This document shows positions 40,389 to 49,813 of a DNA stretch of 64,000 nt, in pieces. This DNA comes from an uncultured Prevotellaceae bacterium (GTDB taxonomy: Bacteria; Bacteroidota; Bacteroidia; Bacteroidales; Bacteroidaceae). Under the pieces are notes generated by a model. That model had not been told where the DNA came from, ran no database searches, and saw only the letters and a program-made list of their open reading frames with translations. A program made the position numbers and the translations under genes. Every line of letters starts with the position of its first letter. Position 1 is the first letter of the stretch. The stretch spans positions 7,923 through 71,922 of the forward strand of contig ONYA01000005.1 of assembly GCA_900321965.1 (NCBI GenBank), in the 5' to 3' direction.

Positions 40389-42098
40389 ATGAAACTCAAT
40401 AAATTCAAAGCAATGGTTCCTGCAGCCTTACTACTGGCTGCCAGCGTAACCTCCTGCATGGACGACCTGGACAAGGGCAACATCGACCCTACCGTGCAGG
40501 CTGAGCCCGACCTTACCGCGCTCTACAGCAAGTGCTACGCCTGCCTTATCTTGGAAGGCATGGACGGCACTGCCGACTTCAAGTCCGACGACAATGGTAA
40601 GACCACCTTCATACGTAACGTCTTCAATGCCAACGTGCTGTCAACTGACGAGGGCATCTGCTGGTGGACCGACGGCGGTCTCGAGGACTATGGCAAGAAC
40701 ACGCCGAAGCCCAACAGCGACGCCATCCGCTTCCTGTACTACCGCCTGATTATGGATATCAGCTACTGTAACCACTACTTAGAGCTCGACGGCGCACAGG
40801 CCGACCCGACGAAGTTGGCTGAGGTTCGCTTCATCCGCGCATACCTCTATTACCAGATGCTCGACCTCTTCGGCGATCCCGCCTTCATCCCCGCCGTATC
40901 GTCAGACATGCCGAAGCAGGCTCACGCCTACAACGACAAGTTCCAAGAGGGTATGAGCCGCTCGGAGATGCTCGCATTAGGCCGCCAGTTCCTCTTTGGC
41001 TGGGTGGAGAACGAGCTGAAGACGGCCGAGGCCAACCTGATGGCTCCGCAGCCTAAGACCGACAGCGACCCGAACTACGGCCGCGTCGACAAGGCTGCTG
41101 CATGGCTCATGCTGAGCCGTCTGTATCTGAACGCCGGTACCTACCTGAACAACAACGGACAGGACAACCCCTACTGGGCACAGGCTCTGGAGTATGCCGA
41201 GAAGGTCATCAACTCCGGCTACACGCTGTTCGACGAGAGCAAGATGTCGGCCGCAGCCAAGGGTAACGGCTACAAGCCCTACGACCTGCTCTTCATGGGC
41301 GACAACGGTTCCAACGGTGCCAGCTGCGAGGCTATCTTCCCCCTGCTGCAGGACGGTAAGATTACCAAGGCATGGGGTGGCTCGATGTTCTTCGTAGCTG
41401 CCATGTGGGAGCCGACCATGGCTACCGTCACCGGTCTCGACGCCGCTACTACCAACAACTTCTGGGCTGGTATGCGCTGCCGCCCGCAGCTGCTGGAGAA
41501 GTTCACCAGCAATCCCGCTTCCTACGTTGGAAAGACGGCTGCCGAGATTCGCGCCATGAGCACTGACGACCGCGCCATCTTCTGGGGCAAGGACCACACC
41601 CTGTCGGTATACCCCAACAGCGAGTTCTCGCACGGCATCACCACACCGAAGTGGAACAACAACTACTCTAACGGCGGCACACCTCATGACGCCGGCGACG
41701 TTGACATCGACTTCTTCCTGCTGCGTGTTGCCGAGGCTTACCTCAACGCTGCCGAGGCTGCCCTGCAAACAGGTGCTGCCGCCAAGGCCAAGCAGTATAT
41801 GGACGCCATACGCAACCGTGCCCACGCCGCTACCCGTGGCAGCTACACACTGGACGACGTGCTCGACGAGCGTGCTCGTGAGTTCTACTTTGAGGGCATC
41901 CGCCGTCCCGACCTCATCCGCTACAACCGTTTCGGCGGCATCGACGTCACCTACGGCTGGGAAGGCAAGGGCGACAGCGACAACTATACCGGCGCCGCCT
42001 TCGAGAAGTACCTCAACGTCTATCCTATCCCCTCGACCGAAGTCATGGCCAATACCAACTTGACACAGATTGACGGCTATAACGAGATTGAAAACTAA
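40389..42098 (+). CDS. susD: SusD starch-binding lipoprotein
   Basis: Lipobox VTSC, AEVRFIRAY, LRVAEAYLNAAEA and ERAREFYFEGIRRPDLIR. Confidence 0.93.
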   Translation: MKLNKFKAMVPAALLLAASVTSCMDDLDKGNIDPTVQAEPDLTALYSKCYACLILEGMDGTADFKSDDNGKTTFIRNVFNANVLSTDEGICWWTDGGLEDYGKNTPKPNSDAIRFLYYRLIMDISYCNHYLELDGAQADPTKLAEVRFIRAYLYYQMLDLFGDPAFIPAVSSDMPKQAHAYNDKFQEGMSRSEMLALGRQFLFGWVENELKTAEANLMAPQPKTDSDPNYGRVDKAAAWLMLSRLYLNAGTYLNNNGQDNPYWAQALEYAEKVINSGYTLFDESKMSAAAKGNGYKPYDLLFMGDNGSNGASCEAIFPLLQDGKITKAWGGSMFFVAAMWEPTMATVTGLDAATTNNFWAGMRCRPQLLEKFTSNPASYVGKTAAEIRAMSTDDRAIFWGKDHTLSVYPNSEFSHGITTPKWNNNYSNGGTPHDAGDVDIDFFLLRVAEAYLNAAEAALQTGAAAKAKQYMDAIRNRAHAATRGSYTLDDVLDERAREFYFEGIRRPDLIRYNRFGGIDVTYGWEGKGDSDNYTGAAFEKYLNVYPIPSTEVMANTNLTQIDGYNEIEN

Positions 42099-42116
42099 AG
42101 ATTGAAGATTGAAGAT
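42096..42116. repeat. Heptamer tandem TGAAGAT x3 filling the gene junction
   Basis: taaagat tgaagat tgaagat lies between the stop codon and ATG 42118. Confidence 0.6.
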
Positions 42117-42117
42117 T

Positions 42118-43350
42118 ATGAACAACAAGATATTTCATTCACTGACCATGTTCATGGCTGGTTGCGGACTGGCCGCAACGCTGACGGCCTGCTCGGATGA
42201 CAACGACTCGAACCCCTCGCTGATTCAGCCCACCGGGTTCACGCTGAATACGCCGGCCTATGTCAATGAGACCGTCGACTTAGAGAGTACCAGCGAACTG
42301 CAGCTGTCGTGGAGCCAGCCTCAGTACACGGCTGACAACGCCCCGCTATTGGTGACTTACGAGATTCAGGTGTCGCCCACCAACTCGTTCACCGTGTCTA
42401 CCGACCAGGCAGCTGCCGACGAGAGCGGCGCCACCGTGGCCGACTACGCTGCACTGGCCCGTACGACGACAAAGTGTACCTACACGCTGCTGGCAGCTGA
42501 CCTCGACAAAGCACTCGTACAGATTAAGAAGTGGACGGTTAACGAGGTGCCCGATGTCCAGACAGCCTTCATCCGCATCAACGCCTTCATCAACGAGAAC
42601 GGCACACGTCTGAACAGTGTCGTCTCGAACGCCATCGAGCTGAAGTTCAATCCTTACTACATCGAACTGAAGGACGCTGCTCCCATTATGTGGTATCTCG
42701 TGGGTGACAACATCCTCGATGGTTTATGGAGCAACAATCCTGGCGTGAGCAGCCTGCCGATGATGATTCAGAGTGACTTCGCCTACGACAAGGCTACCGG
42801 CACGGGCGAGATTACCTACCTGAACTACATCACCAACAAAGGCTGGAAGATTCAGCCCGCTGACTTCAACTGGGATCTCGGCTTCATGAGCGGCGGTTCT
42901 GCCAACACAGCCGTCTTCCGTAATGGCGGCGCTGATGGTGGCAACATCTGGTGCGACCCTGAAGGCTACTACTTAGTGACAGTCAACACGGCCACCAACG
43001 AGTGCTCCATCGTGAAGCAGGACATCACGCCGAAGGTCTACTCACAGATTTGCATGGCTGGCTCCTTCAACGAATGGGCCGATGCCAACATGACACCCGC
43101 CAACAAGAGCGGCGAGAACCACGTCTGGACTTACGTCATGGACGTTCCTGCCGGCGAGACCGTGCAGATGAAGTTCAAGATTGCCGGCTCATGGGACACC
43201 AACTGGGGCTATGGCTCTGCTGACGGCGAGGTGAACACCTGCGGCAAGGGCACTGGCGGTGGCAAGAACATCGGCGTAGCCGAAGGCACATGGGTCATCG
43301 TCTTCAACGACATCACCGGCGAGTTCACTATCCTCCCGAAAGAGAATTGA
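42118..43350 (+). CDS. SusE-like surface starch-binding lipoprotein
   Basis: Lipobox LTAC, N-terminal LSWSQP..YEIQVS SusE-like domain, and Trp-rich CBM-like domains (GSFNEW, KFKIAGSWDTNWG). Confidence 0.8.
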   Translation: MNNKIFHSLTMFMAGCGLAATLTACSDDNDSNPSLIQPTGFTLNTPAYVNETVDLESTSELQLSWSQPQYTADNAPLLVTYEIQVSPTNSFTVSTDQAAADESGATVADYAALARTTTKCTYTLLAADLDKALVQIKKWTVNEVPDVQTAFIRINAFINENGTRLNSVVSNAIELKFNPYYIELKDAAPIMWYLVGDNILDGLWSNNPGVSSLPMMIQSDFAYDKATGTGEITYLNYITNKGWKIQPADFNWDLGFMSGGSANTAVFRNGGADGGNIWCDPEGYYLVTVNTATNECSIVKQDITPKVYSQICMAGSFNEWADANMTPANKSGENHVWTYVMDVPAGETVQMKFKIAGSWDTNWGYGSADGEVNTCGKGTGGGKNIGVAEGTWVIVFNDITGEFTILPKEN

Positions 43351-43383
43351 GAAATTGGAAAAACGAAGAATTGAAAAAATGAA
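43344..43383. repeat. Degenerate 8-mer tandem (GAATTGAA-like x5) at the gene junction
   Basis: gaattgag aaattgga aaaacgaa gaattgaa aaaatgaa. Confidence 0.5.
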
Positions 43384-43387
43384 GGTT

Positions 43388-44866
43388 ATGAAGAAAATAA
43401 TATTTTGCGGTATCGCCTTGGTTGCAGGACTCTTGTCCTGCACCGAGGACTACACCGACTGGAGCACCCCGCAGAGCAATGCTGCCAAGGATGCTGCCCA
43501 GAAGTTGGAACTGGCCATTCAGCCTACCATCAGATCCATCGACTTCGCTACCTATAAGGAGGAAGTCGTGCAGCTGTTCACGACGAATCTCACCGCCGAA
43601 CAGGCCGACGCCTACGCACTGGCCATCACCGGCGAAGGCGCTGCTAACGCCGTCATCGTAGCTGCCGACGCTTATGGCAAGGTAGATACTGACGACCTGA
43701 AAGAGGCAGTGAAGACGCTCTACGGTGCCAATCCCATTGAGCGCACACTGAACATCGCCGTAGGAACCATTGCCAAGAACGCCACCGCCGACGGCGACGT
43801 CAAGGTGCAGCGCACGGCAGGCCCCTTCACCCTGAAGGCCAAACTCGACGCTCCTTACATCGATGCTGGCGGCTATTACCTCGTTGGCAACATCGACGGC
43901 TGGAAATGTGTACGCGTCGATGCCTTCCACATGACTAACAGCGGCGGCGACGTCTACGACAATCCTGTATTCTCGGTAGAGATAGAGGCTGTCGACGGTG
44001 TCGAGACCTACGAGATCAAGGCCATCCCCGCTGCCGACTTCAATGCCGATGGCAGTGTCAAGACCTGGGACCGCGCCTTCTCGGCTCCTGCTGGCGTCGA
44101 CGTCGTAGCCAATGAGGGCATCCTGTCCAACAACAATGCTGGTGGCAACATCAAGTTTGCTGCTGCCGACGGTGCCACCTCTTACCAGGTTACTATCAAC
44201 GCCATGACGGCCACCTATACCGTCACGCCGATAACGGCCGGTGCCATCTTCGACACCGACCCCGTGCTCTACCTCACTGGCGACCACTACAACTGGGGCG
44301 CAGCAGCCGACAACTGGGTACCCCTGGTTCCCGTGCATAGCCACGCCAACCTGTCGTGGATCATCATCTACCTGCACCAGGGCGAACAGTTCAAGTTTGC
44401 ACCTCAGCAGGGCTGGGGCGACGACTTCGGCATGAACGTTGAGTCCGTCGTCGACAAGGCCGGTATGAATCCGTCGGGCGACAACAACATCGTCGTAGGC
44501 AACGCCGGCTGGTATCTCATCAAGGTCGACAACACGCCGGGCGCACGCAAGGTGGAGTTCCTCAAACCGCAGGTTTACCTCATCGGCAACACCGCTGCTG
44601 CCGGATGGGAGGTGGCTGAGAGCGGACTGTTCACCATCCCCGACGCTGAGGACGGCAAGTTCGTATCGCCTGCCTTCGCCAAGGACGACGAGGTACGTAT
44701 GTGCGTCAAGTTAGACGGTGCCGACTGGTGGCAGACGGAGTTCGTCGTCACCGCCAAGGGACAGATTGACTACCGCGGCGCCGGCAACGACCAGGCACGC
44801 GTCAAGGTAACTACAGGCCAGAAGTGCTACCTGGACTTCACGAAAGGCTCTGGTTCATACAAGTAG
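43388..44866 (+). CDS. SusF/SusE-like surface starch-binding lipoprotein
   Basis: Start at MKKIIF with lipobox LLSC. C-terminal CBM-like EVRMCVK..DWWQTEF..IDYRG. Confidence 0.8.
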   Translation: MKKIIFCGIALVAGLLSCTEDYTDWSTPQSNAAKDAAQKLELAIQPTIRSIDFATYKEEVVQLFTTNLTAEQADAYALAITGEGAANAVIVAADAYGKVDTDDLKEAVKTLYGANPIERTLNIAVGTIAKNATADGDVKVQRTAGPFTLKAKLDAPYIDAGGYYLVGNIDGWKCVRVDAFHMTNSGGDVYDNPVFSVEIEAVDGVETYEIKAIPAADFNADGSVKTWDRAFSAPAGVDVVANEGILSNNNAGGNIKFAAADGATSYQVTINAMTATYTVTPITAGAIFDTDPVLYLTGDHYNWGAAADNWVPLVPVHSHANLSWIIIYLHQGEQFKFAPQQGWGDDFGMNVESVVDKAGMNPSGDNNIVVGNAGWYLIKVDNTPGARKVEFLKPQVYLIGNTAAAGWEVAESGLFTIPDAEDGKFVSPAFAKDDEVRMCVKLDGADWWQTEFVVTAKGQIDYRGAGNDQARVKVTTGQKCYLDFTKGSGSYK

Positions 44867-44894
44867 TCGCACCAACTATCGTGAAACAATTCTG

Positions 44895-44944
44895 TCACGG
44901 CCTCTCAGACTGAGAGGCCGTGAACTTTTTCTGAGAGGTCGTGA
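44895..44944 (+). terminator. Terminator-like hairpin built from the 21-bp GAGAGGCCGTG repeat family
   Basis: TCACGGCCTCTCAG-A-CTGAGAGGCCGTGA followed by ACTTTTT, with another copy CTGAGAGGTCGTGA 21 bp later. Confidence 0.75.
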
Positions 44945-45030
44945 CGTTCCGCCCCATTCTGTGAAACATTCCGATGTCAGTCTGGTGCGCACGCGAAACT
45001 TAGCCAAACGCTTATTTCTAAGCGGCATTT

Positions 45031-46041
45031 CTATGCACCAACGTAAATATTCGATTTATGACGCTTGCCCCATGAGAAGAATGAGGAAAGACGCAGGAGG
45101 CGGACGTAGAGAGGAACGTTGAAGAGCAGGAGGCGGAGACGGAGGAAGTACTTTAGTCCGCCGACATCGCGGCGGCTGAGGGGCAGAAATGTGGCGAGTT
45201 CACTACGCACATCGTCGATGAGGGCACGCGAGCGGTCGTCGTACTGGGGCTGACGGGCGACGTCCTTGGTGAGCTTGATGCAGCCGCGCAGGTAGAGGCG
45301 GCGGTTCTCGTGCTCCCAGCCCGGCAGCAGGCGGTGGTCGTCGAGGTAATGATAACGCTCCTTGATGGCAAGGAAGAAATGGTTGTTTTTCACGGGGTCG
45401 TAGGCGTGGAGGGCGCTTCCCTCCACCTGACGGTAGTGGTAGAAGGCGCGGTGGAGCAGGACGACCTGGCGGGCATGAGCAAACCACTTGAAGATGGTGG
45501 CATGATCTTCGTATGCCTTCAGCGAGGGCATCGGCTCGCGGACGACGAAGCGGCGGAAGAGCATGGACCACAGGTAGCTGCCGACGGTGCCTTGGAGGAC
45601 GAGCTTCAGCGCCTCGTCGCCACTGCAGACCTGCTGACTGCCATCATTGCCGACGGCCTTCTGGCGGCCCACATACTCCTCGAAATAGCCGCAGACGACG
45701 ATGTCGGCCTTAGTGGCCTTGAGGGTGCTGATCATCGTGGTGTACATATCGGGCTCAAACCAGTCGTCGCAGTCGACGAAGCTGATGTATTCGCCCTTAG
45801 CCATCGCTACACCCCTATTACGGGTGGCAGCATGCCCGGCATTTTCCTGATGGATAACGGTCACGCGGGGGTCAGCAGCATATTCGTCGCAGATAGTTCC
45901 CGAACCATCGGTGCTACCGTCGTCGATAAGCAGCAGTTCCCAGTTGCGGTAGCTCTGTCCGAGGACAGCATCGAGGCACGGACGCAGGAAACGCTCGCCA
46001 TTGTAAACGGGAATAATGATGGTTAGCAATTCAGAATTCAT
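45031..46041 (-). CDS. GT2-family glycosyltransferase
   Basis: IIIPVYN, LIDDGSTD, FVDCDD, YED and YHYRQ. Confidence 0.93.
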   Translation of the reverse strand: MNSELLTIIIPVYNGERFLRPCLDAVLGQSYRNWELLLIDDGSTDGSGTICDEYAADPRVTVIHQENAGHAATRNRGVAMAKGEYISFVDCDDWFEPDMYTTMISTLKATKADIVVCGYFEEYVGRQKAVGNDGSQQVCSGDEALKLVLQGTVGSYLWSMLFRRFVVREPMPSLKAYEDHATIFKWFAHARQVVLLHRAFYHYRQVEGSALHAYDPVKNNHFFLAIKERYHYLDDHRLLPGWEHENRRLYLRGCIKLTKDVARQPQYDDRSRALIDDVRSELATFLPLSRRDVGGLKYFLRLRLLLFNVPLYVRLLRLSSFFSWGKRHKSNIYVGA

Positions 46042-46113
46042 AATTCACAATTCATAATTATCCATTTTCCGCTCGGCCCGCAGGGACGCTTGCCAGAGCA
46101 AGAATTATCCATT
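46028..46113. repeat. Heptamer tandem (AATTCAT x4) plus a 36-bp GC-rich segment flanked by an 11-bp direct repeat
   Basis: AATTATCCATT at 46056-46066 and 46103-46113 flanks TTCCGCTCGGCCCGCAGGGACGCTTGCCAGAGCAAG. Confidence 0.7.
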
Positions 46114-46980
46114 CAGACTTAACGGTATCTTATAAGTGAGCTTATGGATAAAGGAGTCGCGACTGACCTGGTCCATCAGTTCGGCGGAGGGTTTCTGGCC
46201 AGCTTTCAGGGCATAGAAGAGGGCGTGCATCGGCTCGTCGGTAGCGACGGTCACCTTGGTGAACGCCGCAGCGAATTGCTCGTCGCGATGGAGAAGGGCG
46301 ATGAACAGGAGATGGAGCGTGAAGTAGTTGATGAGGAAATTCTCGTGCTGCCAATAGGCATCGATGGCCGCACACCACTTGCGCACGATGTACTGGGCGG
46401 GCTTGCTGACGATGAAGCAGCTTTGGATGAAGGTGTAGGAGAACTCGCCATGCGTACGGTAGAGGAAGAACGGGCTGTCGAGAATCTCGGCGGGGATGGG
46501 AGCCGTCAGCAGACAGGTGGCGTCTATCCAGCAGCCACCATGACGCGCCAAGGCGTGAATACGGAGGATGTCGGAGAAATGGGTATTGGTGATCTTGCTC
46601 TTCTGCCACTTCTCGACGACGTAGGGCGGCAGGTCGACATACTGGGCAAAGTTCGCGGCTGTCAGGACGACGAACGGACGACCCTCGGTATGCTGCTCGA
46701 TAGAGCGGATGCAGTCTTGAACGAGCTGCGGTGCCTGCTCCCGTCCCTGAAGCCAACAGACCCAGACGGGTGCGTCGAGGCATGGTGAGGACGGCGGGGA
46801 CGGTGGGAGCGCGTCGACCTGGGTGTAATGCTGCTCGAGGTAGGCGACACAACGCTGAGGGTTCAGGGGGTCGAGTTTGCTGCGCAACTGGTGGCGCCGA
46901 TTTCTGTCGGTGACGAAAACGGCGGCGAGGTTTGCTACGAACTTGCCGACCTTCACTTTGATATAGAACCACGGTGTCAT
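46105..46980 (-). CDS. Capsular polysaccharide synthesis protein (Caps_synth/GT32-like DXD glycosyltransferase)
   Basis: VWVCWLQG, HFSDILR, HGGCWIDAT and HKLTYK. Start moved to ATG 46980, just downstream of a TACCTTTG box. Confidence 0.85.
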   Translation of the reverse strand: MTPWFYIKVKVGKFVANLAAVFVTDRNRRHQLRSKLDPLNPQRCVAYLEQHYTQVDALPPSPPSSPCLDAPVWVCWLQGREQAPQLVQDCIRSIEQHTEGRPFVVLTAANFAQYVDLPPYVVEKWQKSKITNTHFSDILRIHALARHGGCWIDATCLLTAPIPAEILDSPFFLYRTHGEFSYTFIQSCFIVSKPAQYIVRKWCAAIDAYWQHENFLINYFTLHLLFIALLHRDEQFAAAFTKVTVATDEPMHALFYALKAGQKPSAELMDQVSRDSFIHKLTYKIPLSLNG

Positions 46981-46984
46981 TCTG

Positions 46985-46992
46985 CAAAGGTA
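46985..46992 (-). promoter_or_regulatory. -7 box TACCTTTG
   Basis: TAnnTTTG 4 nt before ATG 46980, which suggests a leaderless or very short leader. Confidence 0.6.
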
Positions 46993-47079
46993 GGAAAAAA
47001 AAGAGGAACGCGCAAACAATCATTTATTAATAAATCAAAAAAACATCTACAAAACAAGTCGCATCTTAAAAAAAAAGCG

Positions 47080-47087
47080 TATTTTTG
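47080..47087 (+). promoter_or_regulatory. -7 box TATTTTTG for the GT operon
   Basis: TAnnTTTG followed by C in the AT-rich divergent intergenic region. Confidence 0.55.
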
Positions 47088-47122
47088 CGGAAAGAACATA
47101 GACTATTGATGGAGCGCAAAGC

Positions 47123-48976
47123 ATGATATTCGTCACAGACAAGGGCCGGATGGCCAACAACATCTTCCAGTACGGACAACTCTACGCCTGGGGGCGGGAG
47201 CACGGCCGCCGTACGCTGTCGATGCGTTTCGCCCATAAATACCCCGACTTCCGCATTACTAATGAGCCGCGCCACAACTTCGCCGTCTACCTGATAGCGA
47301 AGATGGCGGCGAAGTTAGGCCTCATGCCCACGGTAGCCTTCAACCAGCTTGGCGAGGATGTGGAGCGACAGCAGCAGGCGATGCTCAACAACCGTCATGT
47401 GATGGTGACGGGCTGGTGCGTGAGGTTTCCCGACCTGTTTGAGAAATATCGCGACGAGATTGTCAGCCTCTTCGACTTCAAGCCCCGCGTGCGCCGTCAT
47501 GTTGCCGCCACGATGAGCGGCAACGAGCGTGGAACGGTGACGCTCGGCATACACATACGTCGCGGCGACTACCGCTGCTGGTGCGACGGCCGTTACTACT
47601 TCGACGACCGCGAGTATATCAGCGTGGCCCGACAGTTCATGCGCCTGCATGAGGGCCGTCCGACCGCCATCTATATCTGCACCAACGACCCGTTAGTAGA
47701 CCGCGACGAGTACCGGCGCGAACTCAGTGAAGCCCGCGTCGTCTTCCCCGACGGCACGCCAGCCGAAGACCTGTGTCTGTTGTCGGAGTGTGACTATATC
47801 GTGGGACCGCCCAGCACCTTTACGCTGGTGGCATCGATGTATCGCGACGCGCCGCTATACTGGATGGCCGACGGCAGACACGAGCTGCGCCTTGAAGACT
47901 TCCACACCTTCGACTATCAGGCCCGTCACTTCGACAACTACTATACGGAGAACAACGCCCTGACAACGGCGGAAGTAGCCAAACGGCGTCCGCTGATAAC
48001 GCTAATTACAGCCGTCTACAACACAGCCGACTATCTGCGGGAGTGCATCGACTCCGTGGTGGCCCAGACCTACGACAACTGGGAACTACTGCTTGTCGAC
48101 GACGGCTCTACTGACGGCTCAGGACAAATCTGTGACGAGTATGCGGCCAAAGACTCGAGAATCAAGGTTGTCCACAAGAAGAACTCAGGCAAGGCCGACG
48201 CCTGCAATATGGCTATCAAGATGGCGAAGGGCGAGTATATCGGATTTGTTGACAGCGACGACTGGGTGGAACCCGACATGCTGCAGTCGCTGCTCACCGT
48301 CGTTCTCGCCACCGGTAAAGATGCTGTCGCCTGTGGCTATATGAACGAATTTGTAGGCGAGACCACCTACGACCCCTTGTGCCGCCAGCAGACGGCGCTC
48401 ACCCATAATGAGGTTGTCGCCATGATCTACGACCGTCGGCTCTACGGCTACATGCACGGACGGCTATTCCGCCGCGAGCTCCTCGTGGAACCTGTGCCGC
48501 AGTTACGGCGCTACGAGGATTTCGCCGTCATCTACAAGTGGCTGTCGCACGGCAACGGCCTGACACTCTGCCCGCGCAATCTCTACCACTACCGCCAGCG
48601 CCAGAGCAGTATCATGAACAGCATGGACGACCGCATGTTCGGATTCATCGAACTCTTGGAGGAAGTCTACCATTTCATCAAGGAAAACCACGTGCTGCCC
48701 GAACGGCAGAACAAAGCGTTAGCCGTCAAGAACTGCATGCGTATTGCCAAGGACATTGCCCGTAATACGCACGGCAAGAAGAACACCGTACGCCTCTACG
48801 ATATCCGGGAGACGCTGAACCGTCTCAGTCCTATCACCTACCTCAAGAGCGACCTCAAACTGCGGTGGCGCGTCTGGCTACTGCGCCACTCCATCGTCGG
48901 TTTCAAGGGGGCTGTGCGTCTCGACCAACTGTTCGTCACCAATCACCAGGAAAACGACAGAACATTTTACAAATAA
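47123..48976 (+). CDS. Bifunctional glycosyltransferase: GT11-like (alpha-1,2-fucosyltransferase) N-domain fused to a GT2 C-domain
   Basis: GRMANNIFQY, HIRRGDY and DL.LLSECDYIVGPPSTF (GT11-like), followed by ITAVYN, VDDGSTD and FVDSDD (GT2). Confidence 0.85.
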   Translation: MIFVTDKGRMANNIFQYGQLYAWGREHGRRTLSMRFAHKYPDFRITNEPRHNFAVYLIAKMAAKLGLMPTVAFNQLGEDVERQQQAMLNNRHVMVTGWCVRFPDLFEKYRDEIVSLFDFKPRVRRHVAATMSGNERGTVTLGIHIRRGDYRCWCDGRYYFDDREYISVARQFMRLHEGRPTAIYICTNDPLVDRDEYRRELSEARVVFPDGTPAEDLCLLSECDYIVGPPSTFTLVASMYRDAPLYWMADGRHELRLEDFHTFDYQARHFDNYYTENNALTTAEVAKRRPLITLITAVYNTADYLRECIDSVVAQTYDNWELLLVDDGSTDGSGQICDEYAAKDSRIKVVHKKNSGKADACNMAIKMAKGEYIGFVDSDDWVEPDMLQSLLTVVLATGKDAVACGYMNEFVGETTYDPLCRQQTALTHNEVVAMIYDRRLYGYMHGRLFRRELLVEPVPQLRRYEDFAVIYKWLSHGNGLTLCPRNLYHYRQRQSSIMNSMDDRMFGFIELLEEVYHFIKENHVLPERQNKALAVKNCMRIAKDIARNTHGKKNTVRLYDIRETLNRLSPITYLKSDLKLRWRVWLLRHSIVGFKGAVRLDQLFVTNHQENDRTFYK

Positions 48977-48982
48977 CCGTCT

Positions 48983-49813
48983 ATGCCCACATTCTCCGTC
49001 ATCACCGTCTGCTTCAACGAGGCGGGCCATATCAAGGACACCCTCGACAGCATCGTCAGCCAAAGCTGCAACGACTACGAGCTCATCGTCGTCGACGGGG
49101 AATCGACTGACGGCACCAAAGACGTCATTAAGCAGTATGCCAACCATATCACGTGGTGGTGCTCCGAGCGCGACAAGGGCATCTATAACGCCATGAACAA
49201 AGGCGTCAGGCACGCCACGGGCGACTATGTCATCTTCATGAACGGCGGTGACTGTTTTTACGACAGCACCGTCCTTCACGATATGGTGCAGACCGGGCTT
49301 CATGCCGACGTCATAGAGGCTCTGGCCGTCAAGAAAGGCACTCAGGAACTCATCAGGCAGCACGACCCCGACTTAGGGAGGACGCTGCTGACTGACTGTC
49401 TGTGCCACCAGAGTACGTTTATCCGCCGCGAACTGCTTGAGCGGTTTCCTTACGACGAGACCTACAAGATAGCTTCTGACTGGAAATTCTGGTTACAGAC
49501 ACTCCTCTGTCACGCCTGCACCTACCAGTTCGTCGACCGCGTCGTTGCAGCCATGGATGTGAACGGCATCACCTACAGCCAACTCGATCTTAACAAAAAG
49601 GAGCGCGACGCCATACTCGCCCAGTTCCTGCCACAGGGATTTGCAGCCCCCGTCATCAGCCTCATCCACGAGCACCACAAGATGACCCACAACATTCTCA
49701 TTCAGTATGTGCTGTTCTTAGAAAAGCACAGTATGAGGAGCTATCACATCTTGAGGAAGACGGCCAAGCGCATGGTAAACTACGTCAAATGGAAGAAGGG
49801 AAGCAACCAATAA
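48983..49813 (+). CDS. GT2-family glycosyltransferase (WcaE-like)
   Basis: SVITVCFN, VDGESTD, SERDKGIYNAMNKG, FMNGGD and HQS. Confidence 0.92.
   Translation: MPTFSVITVCFNEAGHIKDTLDSIVSQSCNDYELIVVDGESTDGTKDVIKQYANHITWWCSERDKGIYNAMNKGVRHATGDYVIFMNGGDCFYDSTVLHDMVQTGLHADVIEALAVKKGTQELIRQHDPDLGRTLLTDCLCHQSTFIRRELLERFPYDETYKIASDWKFWLQTLLCHACTYQFVDRVVAAMDVNGITYSQLDLNKKERDAILAQFLPQGFAAPVISLIHEHHKMTHNILIQYVLFLEKHSMRSYHILRKTAKRMVNYVKWKKGSNQ

Noticed and set aside
46142-47023. 293-aa alternative-frame ORF
   Set aside because: It is Arg/Pro-rich out-of-frame translation overlapping the Caps_synth gene.
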